A stretch of 64,000 nt of DNA from Strigamia acuminata (Eukaryota): positions 33,046,001 through 33,110,000 of the forward strand of contig OX442314.1 in assembly GCA_949358305.1 (NCBI GenBank). Reading direction: 5' to 3'. Position numbers and translations under genes: made by a program. The stretch's first letter is position 1, and each line of letters begins with the position of its first letter. The notes below the pieces were generated by a model. It did no database searches. It saw only the letters and a list, made by a program, of their open reading frames with translations, and was not told the DNA's origin. Positions 60,401-64,000 of this stretch are shown here, piece by piece.

Positions 60401-61194
60401 AGCACGATCACTGGGACAGATGCATTGACCAGATAAATTTTGCTTTGCACTCTGCCCCAAATGTGTCTACCGGTTTTACACCAGCAATACTGACGTATGG
60501 CAGGGAATTACGACCATTTTGGGATAATCGAGATGTGTCTTATGACACCCCATTCGACCCAAATAGGCCCTACGACGCTGTCAGAATGCTAGTCGCTAGA
60601 CACCGTACTCTGATTGCTGCAGCTTTTAAAAATAAGAGTCTGGCCCAAGCAAAACAGAAAACTTACTACGATCAACACCGCAGCGACGATAAGTTCGAAA
60701 TTGGAGATTTGGTTCTGCTAAAGACCCACCCATTGTCCAATGCTGCTAATCGATATGCTGCGTCCCTTGAGGATCGCTTTGAAGGACCTTATGTAATAAC
60801 TAAAGTCTTTAACAACAATGCGTATGCCCTTGCGAAACCAATAACTTTGCAAGCGAGGGGTACACACAACATTGTAAAACTCAGGAGATTCATCCCCTCA
60901 GAAGAAAAGGCTGAATGGCCCATTTTAGATAAGGAAGATGAAGAAGCTCTTGAAAACCAACCTGTGGACACTGGAACAGCAACAATATTGCCAACTCCAG
61001 TGCGACCAACGGAATCTGGTATCGCAACTAAGTTGCCAACACCAGTAAAACCTTTTGGGAAACCAAAAAGAATAAAACCCTTGCTGTTGCCACAAGTGGA
61101 TTCACAAAAACCCACGACGGCTCGACCAAAACCAAATTCGGACTCAAATAGACCTTCGAGAAATCACGTTTTACCGATCCGATATCGGGATTGA
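57421..61194 (+). CDS. pol: Gypsy-2 Pol (protease, RT, RNase H, integrase), -1 frame relative to gag
   Basis: ALMDSGAT, RMPFGL, YLDD, HTDAS, H..GH..CNRC, IDLIGP, SDNGPQF, GPY. Confidence 0.97.
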   Translation, partial: GKRGVAVDRNPRVTDDCALTIVLIPMEEDMEDALFDDISSTEPDPRVVFSTEPEIDHVNVALKTGKSITPLPYIKATLNGLKVTALMDSGATHRYISGGMLKKLNLLHFMTPFLENRVVYTGDRPTRPIGTITLSLKWRGGEIPVTFTVLPSASKFILLGCSWIIENRIVLNLTDREYFFLDFPHDTFPFDDPPSPEELGNAIMDRWDALVAESKSPSVSTADLSQRLLAKSNLSPRQRSQILTLVEKYRHVFSDKAGCHPTLEHPIPTGDAPSFRCKDRPMNPKKAEIYRELVAELLRDGWAEPCEGSYKNPPVIVAKKDGGYRLCIDFRWLNKITIKDVYQMPSISMILACLGGKKFFSTLDLTKGYYQIKLKPSDKKKTAFSTSDGTYQFTRMPFGLCNAPSAFQRMMDQVLGTAQHKWALAYLDDIIIFSDSFEEHLQHLDDILSKLDKNKLTASPSKSFICPEELSFLGFTMSNGSYSPNNDKVEAILNYPTPSSIKQLQRFIGMVGFYAALIPKLSITQKPFFALLKKDTKWEWSEECNVAFEYLKNQLAKGIMLPLPDFARNFTIHTDASGGGLGAVLMQIDDHGALRPVAYASRTLQGAENNYSTTDLECLAVVWAVDKFKPYIEYSEYQVETDHHALRFLMTMENPAGRLARWAMKLQNENFTIKYRKGTDNQVADALSRVSLDNGNPLEGKATLTEIIEPVALAYLTNETDYPMSFENIILQQRADKHLSKLIEWLELDDGQPRPELPKFLEERQYDCTLTRKGMLIIYAPFKTDFFVEEEDLGIGFKIFIPPSLQLAALQLIHDHPMAGHGGVEVTLERLKRVYFWPGMQKEVKLHVASCNRCQRCKPIQRKPKGLMVPTSPKIGRFEKIGIDLIGPLPRTSNRNRFILVVVDYATGWMEATPLRSAKMTAIAPILRRFFSCHGCPRFMLSDNGPQFISDVFQTLCDDAGVVPIKATPYHPQTNLTERVNRNIKIMLRIFTFEHDHWDRCIDQINFALHSAPNVSTGFTPAILTYGRELRPFWDNRDVSYDTPFDPNRPYDAVRMLVARHRTLIAAAFKNKSLAQAKQKTYYDQHRSDDKFEIGDLVLLKTHPLSNAANRYAASLEDRFEGPYVITKVFNNNAYALAKPITLQARGTHNIVKLRRFIPSEEKAEWPILDKEDEEALENQPVDTGTATILPTPVRPTESGIATKLPTPVKPFGKPKRIKPLLLPQVDSQKPTTARPKPNSDSNRPSRNHVLPIRYRD

Positions 61195-61415
61195 CCGCTA
61201 GGTGACACTTCAAATCGGGAGACCCATTTGGACCAATCACAGACTGTTTACAAAACATCTGCGGTCCATACGCCAATTAAACGTTCGCGAAACGTCTTCC
61301 GGTTCTATACTTAGCCACCACCATTCTTTGTCCAAATCACTTATTCGCTGCGATCGCCACTGACCAGTCGTGTGGAACTTCTCTGGAAAATCGAAACGAA
61401 AAGATTGGAAAAACG

Positions 61416-62690
61416 ATGGAAAATCACCGAAACAACGAATGGGTTCAGTGCCCAATCTGTAACGGCTTCGGCTACATCACGCTGTGGAATCTGTCGCGAA
61501 TCCCGTGCATGAACTGCGGCGGAGACGAAATCGTGCTGACGGATCAACCACTCGAGGAATGGTTTGTCATGTTCATGACGCTGCCCGGTCAGCCGATTCC
61601 GCTGCACCACCGACATATTAACTGGATGCGCGTCCGATCGCGCGCAGAACGCGAGAAGGAAATCGCAGACAGGGAACAAGCGCGTGTGGCGAATGCCGCA
61701 CCGACAGAACCCCCAAAGAAAAGACAGAAAACGGCAACGAAGAGCGTACGCTCTCAACCGCCGCCGACTGCCTCTACTAATATTTCGACGAAGAAAACCG
61801 CAGCGACGACGTCGCAGCAGGTTCTTCGTCCGCCACATAAGCCATTTGTGCTTAAAAAGAAGGCTGCCGAGGAGACAAAAGCGACCGTACAAAGTATCGT
61901 CGCCCCAACTCCTCACCAACCACCGACCGCCCGTCCAAACATTTCGGAGAAATTGCTGGAAATGCGACGGCTCGTGGCGATCGAAAATCCCACGTTGAGT
62001 GAACGAAGCGTGAATACCGAAGCAAAAATTCGGTACAGAGCGAAAAAACACGCGGACCATAAGGACCGAATGGCAAAAAGAGACGCCGAGAAAGCGGCTC
62101 ATCAGCAATTGACTGCGCCATCGGCCACAATCACATCGAATGCGCCACGCGCACTCGTTAAAAAAATCCCGGCTCAAACGGAAAAAACTCCCGATGAGCT
62201 ACGAACAGCTTGGGCGGGACAGTACGGCCCTCAACCAATCCAAGGTATTGTGAACCTGATCCCGACCAAAGCCACGGCGGCCGCAATCGCTTTTCCAGCG
62301 GCCTGCCAACTACCGCAAACGGCACAAACGATGTTTGGTGCCAATACAGCGGCGACGCCGGCTGTCATTATGCCGCCGATGGTTGGAGAACGCCCGACGA
62401 ACGTCGTGTTCCAGGGATTCGCGGATCCTCCACCAGTTTGCGACAACAATGTAGTCACCACCGAAGCAACGATCGAGACCGCGATGCAGATTGACGGCGC
62501 ACCGAACGAGGAGTCGCACACACCGCCACCACCACCGCCAGTCGTTCCCGAGCCCAAAGCTACCGCCGTGAAAAAGAAGTCGAATAAGAAGTCACGCAAG
62601 AAGCTAGCAGAAGAATTCGTCGACGACAAAACTGAAGAAGAGCCAAAAACCGACGATACGCCACCCACACCGGGGAAATCGCTGCAGTGA
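61416..62690 (+). CDS. Gypsy-2 accessory ORF3 (424 aa), N-terminal CxxC..CxxC zinc site, basic and Pro/Thr/Ala-rich; not env-like
   Basis: ATG-initiated ORF between pol and PPT; CPICNGFG..CMNCGG; no signal peptide or TM visible. Confidence 0.8.
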   Translation: MENHRNNEWVQCPICNGFGYITLWNLSRIPCMNCGGDEIVLTDQPLEEWFVMFMTLPGQPIPLHHRHINWMRVRSRAEREKEIADREQARVANAAPTEPPKKRQKTATKSVRSQPPPTASTNISTKKTAATTSQQVLRPPHKPFVLKKKAAEETKATVQSIVAPTPHQPPTARPNISEKLLEMRRLVAIENPTLSERSVNTEAKIRYRAKKHADHKDRMAKRDAEKAAHQQLTAPSATITSNAPRALVKKIPAQTEKTPDELRTAWAGQYGPQPIQGIVNLIPTKATAAAIAFPAACQLPQTAQTMFGANTAATPAVIMPPMVGERPTNVVFQGFADPPPVCDNNVVTTEATIETAMQIDGAPNEESHTPPPPPPVVPEPKATAVKKKSNKKSRKKLAEEFVDDKTEEEPKTDDTPPTPGKSLQ

Positions 62691-63812
62691 AGTTTTCGCC
62701 GTCGTTTTAAAGGAGATTTTGGCCAAGCCTGTTAAGACTTTTATAGTGCCAGAAATAATTTTTTTATTGTCAAAACAAGTTTTTTTTATTATTAATTATT
62801 CCAAAGTGTTAAAATTAGCATACTTACCTTTTAATGTTAAATGGATTCAATAACTACAAATGTTAGATTTTAAAGTTCAAAAAGTGTTTTTTATTCATAT
62901 ATATTTTTAAATTACAAGTGTTATTTTACATTTTTATTTTTCAATAGTGTTTAAATTGTACAAGTTTTCCATCCTGGGGGTAAGTGTGTATGTGTTCCTT
63001 TGTAGTGTTGTTATTTTCCCAAGTGCATTCCTACCGGTGATCTTCGTTCTAGCTGATGGCTCGTCCGAAATATGGTCATCTGATAAACTGAAAAAAGAAA
63101 AGTAATGCGATGTGTTAACTTTCAACAACCACTTCAGTGATTGCGTTGTACCCCCTCGTACTTACCTTTTTCCAGGGGGGGGAAATGTGACCAGCTGCCC
63201 CTGCGCACGGGTCGCTGCACTGCAACGGCAATGCACTTGGCGCAGCTCCAGCGCCTCTCGTATCTCGCGCAGCCTGTTGCGGTCCTCCGCAACCAGGTGG
63301 AGCTGCGGGCCTTTGGTCAAGCAGGATCAGGCCCCGGAAGTCGCCCTTCCGGAAGTGGTTGGTCCCCGTAGGGACAAGAGAGTTGTTGATCAACCAGCAA
63401 GGCGAACGGTCGTGTTGCGACCGCCTCCGAAACTGGCTATTGAGATAACCCAAACTATCGGCGTGGCGATGATATCGCCCGCCGGGACCTGAGCGTCCAG
63501 TTGCGCCACGTCCGCCGGACGTTAACCGTAACTTCGGCGGCGTGGCCCAAAACCGATTACCGACCTCGTGTGTCATGGCGGCCGATGGCCGCCGTGCCAC
63601 GCGGTCTGATTAGGGACGGTTCGAAGGAACCGCCGCCTTGGGAAATACACTATGGGACACTACAATCATACCCCTAGACATCCAATAAAGCCATAACTAA
63701 AACTATATTGTGTCTCCGTGTATTTCGTGGTTTGTTTTATCGTGTGTGTTGCGTCCAGCGCCTCCGTGGCTCTCCCCCGACCACGTGGCGTCCGTCCGAA
63801 CACTCACAACTC

Positions 63813-64000
63813 TGGCAAAAGTGTGCATTTATGAAGCTCAGTGTTAATTGCAATGGGAAATAAATTGAACCGAATAATATAAAAAAAATTAGCAGGAATG
63901 TTTATATTTTGGAAACTGTTTTGTTTTATTTCATTTTATTTACTATTTTTCCCGCCGTCTTCTATTCTCCAGTTCTGCTTCGTTTCTCAAAAGTTTATAT
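63813..64000 (-). repeat. Start of a further copy of the TBP-like 3' end (continues beyond the window)
   Basis: CTTCTATTCTCCAGTTCTGCTTCGTTTCT.AAAAGTTTATAT matches 44518-44560; flank matches 38283-38420 and 44363-44500. Confidence 0.85.

Larger units (their letters stand above)
53012..63808 (+). mobile_element. Full-length, apparently intact Ty3/Gypsy LTR retrotransposon 2 with a third ORF
   Basis: 623-bp LTRs 53012-53634 and 63186-63808 (no differences seen by eye); 4-bp TSD ACTC supported by the empty paralogous site near 38280; tRNA-Pro-like PBS TGTGGGCCCGTCCAGGATTT at 53637; PPT AG8AAA 63174-63185. Confidence 0.97.

Noticed and set aside
62505..62518. 14-mer AACGAGGAGTCGCA shared with the frameshift site at 57425
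   Set aside because: One 14-mer match within an 11-kb element is plausible by chance, and no slippery heptamer or stem accompanies it.

Overview
Repeat-rich animal (probably arthropod; many 50-60 nt introns) genomic DNA, not prokaryotic. It holds three LTR retrotransposons: (i) the 3' half of a Ty3/Gypsy element (1-6852); (ii) a full-length Ty1/Copia element (45172-50668) whose single ORF is interrupted by a P-type MITE; (iii) a young, apparently intact Ty3/Gypsy element (53012-63808) with a -1 gag-pol frameshift. Host genes: a C2H2/AT-hook protein, a divergent Jun-like bZIP, an ADAM10-like metalloprotease, an SV2-like MFS transporter, two single-pass membrane proteins, two paralogues of an unknown BC-box-like family, a FAM228-like cluster, and co-oriented TFIIB-like and TBP-like ORFs. 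Top leads: (1) Gypsy-1 has its own internal promoter and a spliced 829-aa Arg/Ser-rich non-env gene, and its LTR carries five covarying hairpins with a TAR-like bulge-GAG motif, suggesting a Tat/TAR- or Rev/RRE-like protein-RNA system in a retrotransposon. (2) The TFIIB-like and TBP-like ORFs can be joined in frame by one intron, a candidate natural TFIIB-TBP fusion gene inside a tandemly triplicated unit. (3) Gypsy-2 also has a non-env third ORF behind a similar internal promoter. All family calls come from motif recognition by eye; no searches or folding programs were run.
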